A DNA stretch of 64,000 nt from Macrostomum lignano (GCA_002269645.1 NIVC01000558.1:372001-436000), one strand, 5' to 3'. Numbered from the stretch's first letter, positions 28,080 to 41,381 are shown. The notes: generated by a model not told the origin, from the letters alone. Program-made: numbers and translations.

Positions 28080-30827
28080 ATGCGGATCGTACGAATCTTA
28101 AGTCTTCTGCAGCTTCTAGCATCTGCCGCCTTCGCCGCCATCGAGATGCCTCTGGGAGCGGACGATGTCAACTTCAACACCAAGGTGGGAAATCTGGCTC
28201 GTCAGGATCCGACTCTGCCAGCGCCTGAGTCCGAGTCCGGTCAGTACGACAGCGTCCGGCTCATCCCGCTGAACAGCAGGCTGGCCGGCTACTTCACCAT
28301 CGATCGTCAGACCACCGTGTCGGCGATGCGCGACATCGACCGCGATGAGATTTGCTCTCTGGCCGCTTGCTGCGAGACCATCGACTGTCGGCTTGACTAC
28401 ACCGTGTCCATCACCGTTCGAGCCGGCTTCCCCGTGACCAGATCCCTCAGCCTGATCCTGGTTGACGAGAACGATCAGAAACCAATCTTCCCCAATCTGG
28501 AGCCAATTGACATCGCAGAGGACGCGCCAGTCGGCCTGACTAATATCCGCCTGGCCTCGGCCACCGACAAGGACTCGCCGCCGAACCGGGTGAAAAACTA
28601 CAGCATGACCGACCCAAGCGGCACGTTCGATGTCTTCATCCGGGACGGAGTGGTGCCGTACCTCAAGCTGCTGGTACCGCTGGACCGGGAGCGCGTGCCC
28701 CAGTACCAAGTGACGCTCCGAGCTACAGACGGTGCGCACGAGAGCTCCGTTGTGGTGACAATCCGCGTCACGGATGTCAACGACAATTCCCCCGTGTTCG
28801 TTAGAGATCTGGTGACAACCAGTTTTTCCGAGAACGAAAAAGTTGGCGCGCAAATCACCCCCCTGTCGGCGAACGACGTCGATACGGGACCGAACGCCAA
28901 CCTGACCTACAGTATCGAATCAGTGACGCCCGCAGCTCTCGCCAGCCACTTCAGCGTGGGTATCAAGGACGGTCAGTCGAAACTGTTGCTAGCTAAGAGC
29001 TTAGATTATGAGCAACCGGAGCAGCGTTCGGCTAAAATCATGGTTGTCGCCCGGGATCAGGGCACTCCGCCGAGGTCTTCCACCTTGACAATCCAAGTCA
29101 GCGTCACAGACTATAACGACAACGATCCAGTGATCAAGGAGCTCAGCAGCCATGTCCTGGAGGAGCACATGCCGGCGGGCCAGCTGGTGAAAACCCTACT
29201 GGTCACTGACGCCGATAAAATTTCCATCGGGCTGGTGATCTGCAAGATCGATTCGTCCAATCCACGCTTCCGGCTGCAACTCGGCAGCGCCTCCACCACC
29301 CTGGACTCGATGGAGCGGCTGATTTACAACATGACAACGGCTTCATCATTCGACTACGAGGTCATGCAGGTGGAGACCGTCAAGATCAAGTGTGTTGACA
29401 ACGCCTCGCCGGGTCGGCACGCGTCTCGAACCTACGAAATTCCAATCAACGAGACCAACGACTTCGCACCGATCTTTGACAAGAGAAACTACCACGCCGC
29501 TGTTTACGAAGATCTCGCCGAAGGCCTGTCAGTCCTGCCCATGCCGGTGCTGGCTACCGATAAGGACAGGGGCACCTACGGCGTGGTGCTCTATGAACTG
29601 GATGCCGAAGGGCAGAAGAACTTCAGCATTCGTGAGTCTAGCGGAATTGTTGAAGTTCGCGGCCGACTGGACAGGGAAACGGCCACGCATCTGAGTTTCA
29701 AGGTGATAGCGAAGAACTACGACGGACCAAAAGGTGTTCTAAGCGACACGGCCAAGGTGGTAATCGAACTTCTGGACGTGAACGACAACAAGCCTCAGTA
29801 CCTAGGACCTCCGGGCTTCTCTGTTGTCGAGAACTCGCCCCCGGGAACCCTGGTGGGCCGCATACAGTTCCAAGACGACGACGCTGGAGAGAACGGCACC
29901 GTTCGCTTCCAGATCAGCGGATCCGAGAACGACAATGTCGCCAACGAGTACCTGCGGCTTGACGAGGCCGGCAACATCACCGTGCAGAAGAAGATCGACC
30001 GCGAGGTTCACAGCAGATTCTTCCTGTCCATCAGAGCCAACGACCTTGGCCGTCAGGTCACCCAGACCACTGTAGTTCAGCTGGATATCGAAGTGCAGGA
30101 CGTCAACGACTGTCACCCGGTGATCCGCGAGCCCCGGCCGAGCGCCCTGGTCGGCGTAAATCCCGTCGTTTACACGGATCTGCCGCGCAAATCCATGCTG
30201 GTGCTGGTGTTAGCCGAGGACAAGGACCGGGGCGAGAACGGGACCCTGACCTACCGCCTGGGTCCTGGTAACGCCACCGACCTGCTGGGCATCGACGCCG
30301 ACAAGGGCGAGCTGCACTCGCTGTGGGACCCTCAGTTGCAGCCGCCGCCACCAGGAATCTACTCCGTCACGGTCATCGTGTCGGACCGCGGCACGCCCGA
30401 ACCGTTGGAGGATCGCGTCGCCTTCTACCTGAAGCTCACCGCGCCTCGCGGGCAACTGTACCGGTTCGGCTCCGCGGGACTCAGCGGCCTCATCATCCTG
30501 GTGGTGATCATTGCCGGCACAGTCATCATCGCTGTCGGCCTGATCGCCGCGATCTGCTACGTCCGCGGACGCTCCGGACTGTCCGCATTTGGCAACGATC
30601 CAGCCGATAGCGAGGCGCGGGTCAAGATGACGGACGAGGACGGCGGTTGCGGCGGCTACCGTGACAGTCCACGGATCTACGGGAGCCAGCAGCAGCAGCA
30701 GCTCCTGCTGCAGCAGCAACAGCAGCATCAGCAGCAGATGCACCAGCAGCATCAGCAGCAGTTTTACACCTGGCAGAGGTCGGGATCTCCTATGGGCAGC
30801 TTGATGAAGGAAGACTGCAACAGCCAG
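28080..30827 (+). CDS. Protocadherin, large first coding exon: signal peptide, 7 cadherin (EC) repeats, TM helix, start of a polyQ-containing cytoplasmic tail
   Basis: ATG at 28080 gives signal peptide MRIVRILSLLQLLASAAFA; acceptor ttctctttag lies just upstream at 28033-28034. EC motifs: DRD/DRE/DYE, AxDxD, and linkers DENDQ, DVNDN, DYNDN, ETNDF, DVNDN, DVNDC. EC1 has the protocadherin-type DRDEIC..C motif. TM is LIILVVIIAGTVIIAVGLIAAICYV. Donor CAG|GTAAGA is phase 0. Confidence 0.95.
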
Positions 30828-30914
30828 GTAAGATGAGCCTGCGGTGATTTTTTTAGTATAAATTTTGGTAGTTCAATGAGTAGATTGATGGATAGCTGGA
30901 GGCGCCTAGCAGAC

Positions 30915-31700
30915 ATCAAGGGCGCCAATCAGTCACCAAGGCGCCAATCAGACACCAGGGGCGCCAAAAAGACACCAAGGGCGCCAAGCAGACACCAGGG
31001 GCGCCAATTAGACATCAGGGGCGCCAAGCAGACACCAGGGGAGCCAAAAAGACCCCAGGGGCGCCAAAACAGACACCAGGGGCGCCAAGCAGACACCAGG
31101 GGCGCCAATCAGACATCAGGGGCGCCAAGCAGACACCAGGGGAGCCAAAAAGACACCAGGGGCGCCAAAACAGACACCAGGGGCGCCAAGCAGACACCAG
31201 GGGCGCCAAGCAGACACCAGGGGCGCCAATCAGACATCAGGGGCGCCAAGCAGACACCAGGGGAGCCAAAAAGACACCAGGGGCGCCAAAACAGACACCA
31301 AGGGCGCCAAGCAGACACCAGGGGCGCCAATTAGACATCAGGGGCGCCAAGCAGACACCAGGGGAGCCAAAAAGACACCAGGGGCGCCAAAACAGACACC
31401 AGGGGCGCCAATCAGACACCAGGGGCGCCAATCAGACATCAGGGGCGCCAAGCAGACACCAGGGGAGCCAAAAAGACACCAGGGGCGCCAAAACAGACAC
31501 CAGGGGCGCCAAGCAGACACCAGGGGCGCCAATCAGACATCAGGGGCGCCAAGCAGACACCAGGGGCGCCAAGCAGACACCAGGGGTGCCAAGCAGACAC
31601 CAGGGGCGCCTAAACAGACACCAGGGGCGCCAAAAAGACACCAGGGGCGCCAAAACAGACAGCATGGGCGGCAAAACAGACACCAGGGGCGCCAATCAGA
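30915..31700. repeat. 20-21-bp minisatellite (ggggcgccaagcagacacca) with higher-order cycling of variants
   Basis: Tandem GGCGCC-core units starting about 90 bp after the exon-1 donor. Confidence 0.96.
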
Positions 31701-32129
31701 CATCCAGACATCAAGACCCTCAAAACCTCATCAAGACCTCAACAGGTGCCAACTAGACGATACAATACGTACCAAATTGTGCAACCGCAATGCAACATGT
31801 AGTTATGCATTAGGCCCCTAAGAACATCTAAAATAGTCAGGACTTTATACTGTACTGCATGAAGCATCAAAAACAGACTTAGCAAATAAAAGGTCTTGAG
31901 AAACCATGACAGACACACGAAAAGAGGTTAGGCGTTTGGGTACACATTCGTAGCGGGTCGCTGTGTGCGCTATGACACTTCTCCGCTCGCATTGCACTAG
32001 CTCTATAGTTTCTTGTTTGAACTATTACATATTGAATGCTAAACATAAATTCCTGGGAAATTCGGTTAGGTTTAGTTTGCGGGGAAAGTTTTTCTCAGCT
32101 GTGGTATAGACAGGGTTGTTTTACATCGG

Positions 32130-32785
32130 GAAGGCGCTATTTCATCCAAAGGGACGCTATTTTATCTAAGAGGGCGCCATTTCATCTAAGGGGACGCTAT
32201 TTTATCTATGGGGGCGCCATTTTATCCAAGGGGGGCGCTATTTCATCTAAGGGGCGCCATTTTATCTAAGGGGCGCCATTTCATCTAAGGGGGCGCCATT
32301 TCATTTGAGGGGCGCTATTGCATCAAAGAGCGCCATTTCATCCAAAGCGGCGCCACCGCCATTTCATCTAAGGGGGCGCCATTTCATCTAAGGAGCGCCA
32401 TTTCATCTAAGGGGCGCCATTTCATCTAAGGGGCGCCATTTCATCTAAGGGGCGCCATTTCATCTAAGGGGCGCCATTTCATCTAAGGAAGCGCCATTTC
32501 ATCTAAGGGGGCGCCATTTTATCTAAGGGGTGCCATTTCATCTAAGGGGGCGCCATTTTATCTAAGGGGTGCCATTTCATCTAAGGGGGCGCCATTTTTT
32601 CTAAGGGGCGCTATTTCATCTAAGGGGGCGCCATTTTATCTAAGGGGCGCCATTTCATCTAAGGGGCGCCATTTCATCTAAGGGGCGCTATTTCATCTAA
32701 GGGGGCACCATTTTATCTAAGGGGCGCCATTTCATCTAAGGGGCGCCATTTCATCCAAGGGGGCGCCATTTCATTTAAAGTGCCG
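32130..32785. repeat. 19-20-bp minisatellite (ggggcgccatttcatctaa)
   Basis: Tandem GGCGCC-core units. Confidence 0.96.
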
Positions 32786-33409
32786 TCAACCCTAGCTGAG
32801 CATAAGTATAAAATTTTTCAACTCAGCCCCAGCGTCCAAGCGCATCTTCATCTCTGGGGCTCTGCTTGTTTCCTTCATCCTTTTCAGCCTGTCGGAAGCC
32901 GCTGCCTCTTCTGGGAAAGTGCAGGAAATTGACGCTGTCACGGCAGTTTTGTTTTAATGCAGCGCCAGTGAAAAGGACCGCCTTTTCTACTACCAGCTAT
33001 GCCAGGGACCTCTAGGGGAGATTTGGACTGGTAGCTAACGACAGGCAGTCCTACTAATTGAATCCAGAGGTCCATGACAGTAGGCCTGAACAAACTGGAA
33101 ACTGAAATGTTTGGCTAAAAAAATTTAGAAAAATAGAATGTGCGAAGGATGATGAGAGAGGAACTTGGAGGCGGGTACAAGACTACAGATTCTGAGTCTG
33201 TGTGCTCTATAATAACAAAAAAGTTGCTCTGCTTTGGCTGAAGAAAAGTATTCACCAGCAAGCATAACTGCGCTGGGATCAAATTTCAAGCAGACATTCT
33301 TTTATTATGCCTTTCACTGTCCTATCGCTATTGACTACAGATGTGCCATTGGGCTCGCATTTTGTTGAATTCAAAATGCGGGAAATTGGAGGTAGACATA
33401 AGGAGGCGA

Positions 33410-34385
33410 AGAAGGAGAGAGAGGAGGAAGGGGAGGAGAAGAGGGAGAGTGAGAGAGAGGGAGAGGGAGAGGGAGATGGAGAGGGAGATGGAGAGGGAGA
33501 TGAAGAGGGAGATGGAGAGGGAGATGGAGAGGGAGATGGAGAGGGAGATGGAGAGGGAGATGGAGAGGGAGATGGAGAGGGAGATGGAGAGGGAGATGGA
33601 GAGGGAGATGGAGAGGGAGATGAAGAGGGGGAGGGAGAGAGGGAGAGGGAGAGAGGGAGAGAGGGAGAGACGGAGAGACGGAGAGGGAGAGGGAGATGGA
33701 GAGGGAGATGGAGAGGGAGATGGAGAGGGAGATGGAGAGGGGAGGGAGAGAGGGAGAGGGAGAGAGGGAGAGAGGGAGAGACGGAGAGACGGAGAGGGAG
33801 AGGGAGATGGAGAGGGAGATGGAGAGGGAGATGGAGAGGGAGATGAAGAGGGGGAGGGAGAGAGGGAGAGGGAGAGAGGGAGAGAGGGAGAGACGGAGAG
33901 ACGGAGAGGGAGAGGGAGATGGAGAGGGAGAGGGAGAGGGAGATGGAGAGGGAGAGGGAGATGGAGAGGGAGAGGGAGATGGAGAGGGAGAGGGAGATGG
34001 AGAGGGAGAGGGAGAGGGAGAGAGGGAGAGGGAGAGAGGGAGAGAGGGAGAGACGGAGAGGAAGAGGGAGAGGGAGATGGAGAGGGAGAGGGAGATGGAG
34101 AGGGAGAGGGAGAGGGAGAGAGGGAGAGGGAGAGAGGGAGAGAGGGAGAGACGGAGAGGAAGAGGGAGAGGGAGATGGATAGGGAGAGGGAGATGGAGAG
34201 GGAGAGGGAGAGGGAGATTGAGAGGGAGATGAAGAAGGAGATGAAGAGGGAGATGGAGAGGGAGATGGAGAAGGAGATGGAGAGGGAGAAGGAGAGGGAG
34301 AGGGAGAGGGAGAGAGGGAGAGGGAGAGGGAGAGATGTAAAGGGAGAGGGAGAGGGAGATAGCGAGGGAGATTGAGAGGGAGAGT
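33410..34385. repeat. (GGAGAG/GGAGAT)n polypurine repeat
   Basis: Seen directly. It is the reverse-complement type of 21810-22410. Confidence 0.96.
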
Positions 34386-34944
34386 GGGCGGACACTGCCT
34401 CTCTGAAGCTGTATTAATTTGAATCATACGCTCGTAATTTAACCTCAAATAGTAAAAAACGTTTTTAAAAATTGAAAAACTTTTAAGCCGTCCCGACGGG
34501 CTAGGAGCTCCCGAACTCTAAAATCCACCGATATGTAACGAAAACTATTTTGACTCGAGCCAGTGCGAGACACAAGACCGACCCCTGCCGTAGGTAGTGA
34601 AAATCAAGAAGTGAAAAAATCACAGTTGAATTATGTTTCTTCAATTAATTTAAGCTATTTCGAGTTGAAAATCGTGGGCTGTCCCAATTATAATTCCATT
34701 TCTCAGATTTTTCGAGCTCTCTGATTGCTTATTCACCAACTTTTCAATATGCTGCGAGTTGTTGATTCGATTTCTGGGAGCAACTTCTTTTGAGCTTCGA
34801 ATTAGGCGGTAATATAATATTTGCATGGCAACCGAACCCTCGGGGGCTTAAATAAGGGTTGTTTCGAGGCGAAAAAGCTACTTATTTAGCATCAGAGTTC
34901 TACTACCGTGACCTCAGATCTTTGAGATCCCTGAGTGACCTGAT

Positions 34945-35430
34945 ACTGCTCATAGTACAGTCATAGATGCTGCTCATAGTACAGTCATAGCACAGTCACA
35001 GATACTGCTCATAGCACAGTCATAGATACTGCTCATAGCACAGTCATAGATACTGCTCATAGCAAAGTCATAGACACTGCTTATAGCAAAGTCATAGATA
35101 CTGCTCATAGCACAGTCATAGACACTGCTCATAGCACAGTCATAGATACTGCTCATAGCACAGTCATAGACACTGCTCATAGCACAGTCACAGATACTGC
35201 TCATAGCACAGTCATAGACACTGCTCATAGCACAGTCATAGACACTGCTCATAGCACAGTCATAGATACTGCTCATAGCACAGTCATAGATACTGCTCAT
35301 AGCACAGTCATAGATACTGCTCATAGCACAGTCACAGATACTGCTCATAGCACAGTCATAGATACTGCTCATAGCACAGTCATAGATACTGCTCATAGCA
35401 CAGTCATAGATACTGCTCATAGCACAGTCA
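34945..35430. repeat. 24-bp minisatellite (gatactgctcatagcacagtcata)
   Basis: Seen directly. The same unit recurs at 38115-38450. Confidence 0.96.
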
Positions 35431-36109
35431 GGTCATTCTGAACCAAGAGGAACCTACACCATCAAAAGCTCCATTAGGATCAGAGCAGGGAGTCCTGCAT
35501 CAAAAGCAGGCCTCAGCTCAGCAGACATCTCAACGGACTCATTAAAACTTCAGCCTCTCCTTGGCTTGCCCCGCACCATCATGCAGAATTTCATTAGCCG
35601 CATGCTGCAAGCTGACTGACTAGCTTCATCATTATAATTCTTTCACAGGACGGCTGAGACTTGTTCCTGTGTCAGCTTTTTTTTCTACTTCGAGCCTTTT
35701 TTATTCAGAAGATTTTTTATGCTTTCTCCGCCGCGCCATCTTGTCCTGTAATTCGTGCTCATTGATGCAGCCGTGCCTATTAATTTTCTGCGGACCAGGG
35801 ATATCAATCCCCCCCCCCCAAATGTTCGGCCTTCTCATCCCCATTCATCTCAACTGCAAGTTGCCGAGGGACTGTCTGTCCTGTGCGCTCGACTCCCCTC
35901 TGATCACTGGCTGTCTTTTTGTGAGTCAGCCAGAGAGGTAATTGCCGGCTGTTGAGATTGAGAAATCTTCTTGAGAATTGATGACCGAGATTTCGGGACT
36001 CGCAACTTCAGCGCGGAGCTTATCTTGCACCTCGATCTCCGCTTGTTCTCAGTTCCTTCATTTCCTTCTCTCTGCAGCCTCGGGTTTCTGTATCCTGTTG
36101 CTTTTCCCT

Positions 36110-36660
36110 GATCCCTTATCTCTTATCTCTAATCTCTAGTATCTAAACTCTAATTTCTAATCTCTAGTCTCTTATCTCTTATCTCTATCTCTAATCTCTA
36201 TCAACTCTTTTCTCTAATCTTTAGTCGCTAATATCTTATCTCTAATATCTAGACTCTAATCTCTAATCTCTAATTTCTAATCTCTAATCTCTAATCTCTA
36301 GTTTATAATGTCTTTTGTCTAATTTCTAATCTCTAGTCTCTTATCTCTTATCTCTAATCTCTACACTCTAATCTCTTTTCTCGAATTTCTAATCTCTAGT
36401 CTCTTATCTCTTATCTCTAATTTCTAGACTCTAATCTCGAATCTTTAATTTCTAATCTCTAGCCTCCTTAAACTCTTATCTTTAAATTCTAGTCTCTATA
36501 AACTCTAAAATATAATCTCTAGTCTCTATAAACTCTTATCTCTAATCGATCTAGTGTCTAATCTCTTATCTCTAATTTAAAATTTCTCATATCTAATCTC
36601 CCTTCTTTAATCTCTCTTGTCTAATCTTTGATCTCTAGTATCTAATCTCTCATCTCTGAT
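36110..36660. repeat. Degenerate (TCTCTAA/TCTCTTA)n low-complexity tract
   Basis: Seen directly. Confidence 0.85.
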
Positions 36661-36878
36661 CTCTGACGATTAGAAAGTCAGAGGCCCGCTGTACACTCTG
36701 TGTGAGCGGATTGGGCCATTGGATCTGCCCAATCCGCTAGAGTTGCCGTCAACGCTAGGGTTGTGGGACCGATGTCCCCGAAGGCATTGCGTCAGGGTGG
36801 CACACACTTCTCAACTCTTTGCACTTATCATTATCATTATAAATATATTCTTTTCAAGTAAGTATTTTAGGCAAATTA

Positions 36879-37133
36879 AGATATGCAACCGACAGCTCAG
36901 GCGCATCTGAAAGCTGCGTACGGCTGTTCAGTCCAAGGACTGGCGGGGGTCCCCACACACACCTTCAATTACCCCAGCTAATGCTGGCACCCATTTTACA
37001 GCTGGGTGAGCTGAAGCAATGCAGAGTTGAGTGTCTTGTTCAAGGACACAAATTGTTCCGAGTGGGTCAAGAATCGAACCCCCGACCTTCAAGTCGTGAT
37101 TTCGACGCTCAAACTACTACTAGGCTACGACCC
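36879..37133 (-). mobile_element. tRNA-derived SINE with CORE-like domain, copy 1
   Basis: The minus strand begins with a tRNA-like head (tagcctagtag..., ggttcgattc B box), followed by gtgtccttgaacaagacactcaac...cagctgtaaaatggg, which resembles the MIR/CORE consensus. Homologous to the copies at 42.8 kb and 55 kb. Confidence 0.75.
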
Positions 37134-37699
37134 TTCGAATTGAAGTTTATTATTATTTCATCAGAAAAAAACACAGAATCATCTTGGTGGAATACTCAAA
37201 GCAGAGTAATTGCAATCAAATTTTGCAACCAAGCAGTTACTCTGATGTTTTAAAATAATCTTGTAGCGTTCCCTAAGCACAGTGGTCATCGTGTAGAACT
37301 CATGCAGTCACTCACAACGACGTCCCAAATTGAACCCTTGAGCTCCCCGAAACGTAAATTCCTCTTCAAGGGAAATCTTGTGACGGAAGTAAATTCTATA
37401 TTTTGTTCTGTTCCCCAATTTTTCGACTGACAGGGAAGAGTGTTGTGACAGTTTTATCGGCAGGAACCGCTGCCGGGTCCCTCAGGACAGATTCTCGAGA
37501 TGATTTCGGCGAAAGAGAGGCTGACATTAGAGGCAGAAAGAAATGATTGAGTGAACAAGAATTTCCTAAAGATTTTCTCCGTTTTTTCTTTGTCAAGTGC
37601 GGACTGAGTTGATTTGCCTGCAAACTGATTTGAGCAACTGCTCAGCGAGTGCGCTTGCACCAGGAAAATTAAGGCCGTAAATCTTAGCTTTACTCATGT

Positions 37700-38050
37700 A
37701 GGATTCTGCTCATAAACCTATGGATTCTGCTCATAGACCTATGGATTCTGATCATAAACTTATGGATTCTGATCATAAACCCATGGATTCTGCTCATTAA
37801 CCTATGGATTCCGCTAATAAAAATATGGATTCTGCTCATAAACCTATGGATTCTGCTCATTAACCTATGGATTCTGCTCATTAACCTATAGATTCTGATC
37901 ATAAACCTATGGATTCTTCTCATAAACCTATGGATTCTGCTCATAAACCTATGGATTCCGCTAATAAAAATATGGATTCTGCTCATAAACCTATGGATTC
38001 TGCTCATAAACCTATGGATTCTGATCATAAACCTATAGATTCTGCTCATA
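37700..38050. repeat. 21-bp minisatellite (ggattctgctcataaacctat)
   Basis: Seen directly. Shares CTGCTCATA with the neighbouring 24-mer arrays. Confidence 0.93.
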
Positions 38051-38114
38051 AAACATTACACTTGTAAATTCATGGATTTTGTTTAAAATATCAAAGTTTG
38101 ATTTTTAACAAATT

Positions 38115-38450
38115 GTGCTCATGGCACAATCATAGATAACTGCTCATAGCACAGTCATAGACACTGCTCATAGCACAGTCACAGACACTGCTCATAGCAC
38201 AGTCCTAGACACTGCTCATAGCATAGTCATAGACACTGCTTATAGCACAGTCATAGATACTGCTCATAGCACAATCATAGATACTGCTCATAGCGCAGTC
38301 ATAGATACTGCTCATAGCGCAGTCATAGATACTGCTCATAGCACAGTCATAGATACTGCTCATAGCGCAGTCATAGATACTGCTCATAGCGCAGTCATAG
38401 ATACTGCTCATAGCGCAGTCATAGATACTGCTTATAGCAGATACTGCTCA
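38115..38450. repeat. 24-bp minisatellite (gatactgctcatagcgcagtcata)
   Basis: Same family as 34945-35430. Confidence 0.94.
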
Positions 38451-39084
38451 GAGTTTTTGGAAAACAATATTTCTAGAATCAAACGAGAGCAATATTCTCC
38501 TGTTTGTTACATTGCTTCTCCTGCACACTCCGACACCGAACTCTGATGAAGTTCCGCATTGATCGCAGACTAGAGGAATCATAGAAAAAAGTGATGAAGT
38601 GCACGAAACTCCCCACGCGATACTCAGACTGTTGAACAGTCGAGTCTGGCTTCAATTCCGCATGGCAACACATTTCCATCAAATGAGAAGATAGATATAT
38701 ATATTCGACCAGCAGTAGATAAGGAAATTTTTAAATAAAATAAAAAATTCAAGTTAGTTCTAGTATAATGAGAATTAGGAATAATCTAGTGAGGGATCTG
38801 GTCCAGTGCGCGTGTACTTCTGTACACTTTGGTACGCAAATTTTACGATGGTCATTTCGTACTGCAATAATTACCGTATAATGTTACCTATGACTGATTG
38901 AACTGAGTTTTTATCAATGATTTAAACAAAAAATGTAACGCTTTTTAAAAATATCTTTTCTAACCATCACGGGACTGTCTGATGTCTGTCCTTCTATCTT
39001 CAGATAATAAAGATTGAGTCCGATACAAATTTGATATCATTTTCTATTGCTTTTTACGATATCGCTTGTTGTTGCTTCGAGTGA

Positions 39085-39545
39085 TGGATGTCAGTAGCTT
39101 AAAGTTGGCTGTCTGTAGCTTAAAGTTGGATGTCAGTAGCTTAAAGTTGGATGTCAGTAGCTTAAAATTGGCTGTCAGTAGCCTAAGATTGACTGTCATT
39201 AGCTTAAAGTTCGGCTATCAGTAGCTTAAAGTTGGCTGTTAGTAACTTAAAGTTAGCTGTCAGTAGCTTCAAATTGGCTGTCAGTAGCCTAAAATTGGCT
39301 GTCAGTAGCTTAAAGTTGGCTGTCCGTAGCTTAAAGTTCGGCTGTCAGTAGCTTAAAGTTGGCTGTCAGTAGTTTAAAGTTGGATGTCAGTAGCTTAAAA
39401 TTGGCTGTCAGTAGCTTAAATTTGGCTGTCAGTAGCTTAAAGTTGGCTGTCGGTAGCTTAAAGTTGGCTGTTAGTTCTAACTTAAAGTTAGCTGTCAGTA
39501 GTTTAAAGTTGGCTGTCAGTAGCTCACAACCAGGTGTCAGTAACC
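39085..39545. repeat. 21-bp minisatellite (ttggctgtcagtagcttaaag)
   Basis: Seen directly; TGTCAGTA core. Confidence 0.93.
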
Positions 39546-40939
39546 CAAACTTGAGTGTCAAACGGCTCGAGTTGGTTAAAAAGACTTCAAGTACTCAACG
39601 TAATCCACTCTTTCACACAATCATCCCCCCATCGCACCTACCCATTGATTTCTCTTTGAAAATTGACATCCTTAAAATGCTCACTGAAGAGAACTCGTTT
39701 AAGCGATCACTCTAGCCTAGCAGGTTAGCGAGCTTACGGGAGGCCCCACACCTCGATTCTTGCAGCTCTTCAGAACTTCCTCTTGCCGTTAGCAGCACCC
39801 GGCAGCTCCACCAGCTTAAATCACGGTTCCCTGTGGAGCTCCAAATAGTCTGGGTAGAACTTTTTTTTCACTTCGAGTTTTCAGATGAGGTGGTGGGGCG
39901 AGAGAGGCGAAACTCTCGCAGAATCATTAGGGAACTCTTTTTAGTAGTCGCTTGTCGAACGGGCACTTAATTATCGGAGTAGGGGGAGAGTCGGGAGCTG
40001 AGTTCTTCTCAAAGTCTACCGAATCACACACTCCCTTACCCTGGAATCTCTGACGGCACAGGCCAAGTCGCGCTGCTAATGAAGGACTCAAGGTTACTTC
40101 TCAATTTTCTACTCTGGGGTTCTTTCCTACTCACATCGTCGAGTCTAAAAATTTAGTCAATATTAGGCGTAGCGAGTGAATTGGGAGACTTTGCAGCGAT
40201 TTGGGATAATGTGTGTGTCATGTGTCCCCCGCGTCGACCTCCCGCGGGTTGTCCCCATTGGCACTGCCTGATTACGTAACCAAGCAAATCCAGCGTAAAA
40301 TAAGAGGGCGGTGGCAAAGAAGAGGCGGGCAGGGCTGACTGACTGACTGGTATCCAAGACTTTGCTTTTGCTGAAGAAGACGCCCTGCGCAGACACACGG
40401 AGATGGGGTGAGAACAAGTGTCCGTGTTGCAGGGCCTATCAGTCAATTCCTTTTTTTTGGATGCCACACGTCTTCAATAATATTGCTGTCAAAGGAGAAT
40501 TTCCACCAGAGAAATATAAGAGAATTAAGTGTCTTTTTTCTTAAATAGATGGAGCTCCAGATACCCGACCAGATCTTGCATGTCAAGAAGATGAAAGTCT
40601 TGCAGGAAACTGGAAATTGTGAGGCGGGGAGACTGTTCAGAAGCATGATCTGAAATTATAATTTGAGCACGAAAAAAATCGAGAGTTTCTGCAGACATCT
40701 TTTCGCATTGGATATCGAGAGCGCAGGTTTTTAATTCGGAGACCGGAGACTGCGGATCCGTTCTCAGGGACAGTTTTCGAGGCTCTAATTGCTCTGGAAA
40801 AAAAGCCCGAAATGTCAAAGTTCTTTTCTGCTCCAGGTGGAACTTATTTCAGGTCAATTTGAGGTCTTTCTTCAGGGCAAAAGCTTCATCGAATGACGCC
40901 TTTTCTTAGGATATATTTCGCCTCATCATGCCCCATTTC

Positions 40940-41215
40940 ATCTCATCTCATCACATCTTATCTTTATCACTTCTTGTCTCATCTCACCTCATCTCATCTC
41001 ATCTCATCTCATCTCATCTTGTCTCATCTCATATCATCTCACCTGATCTGATCTCATCTTGTCTCATCTAATCTCGTCTCGTCTCACCATGTCTCATCTC
41101 ATCCTATCTCATCTCATCTCATCTCGTCTCGTCTCATCATGTCTCATCTCATCCCATCTCATCTCATCTCATCTCATCTCATCTCATTTCATCTTATCTC
41201 ATCTCATCTCAATAG
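40940..41215. repeat. (CATCT)n microsatellite
   Basis: Seen directly, just upstream of protocadherin exon 2. Confidence 0.9.
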
Positions 41216-41381
41216 CTTCTCTTCTAAGATTGTTTAATCTATTCAATATCGTCTTATCTCGACTGTTCTTTTCTAATCAAATCTTATCACATCTACCGTT
41301 ATCTCTAAGAAGATCAACTAATCTCTTCATTTTTATCATTGATCTAATCTCAAACTAAATCTGATCTCCTTCCACTTGCAG

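Noticed and set aside
28116-30752. Antisense ORFs (245 aa, 180 aa and others) overlapping the protocadherin exon
   Set aside because: Expected shadow ORFs of a GC3-rich coding strand.
40549-40618. Extra plus-strand protocadherin exon (ttaaatag|ATG...T|gtgagg)
   Set aside because: 70 nt would shift the frame relative to the phase-0 exon at 41382.
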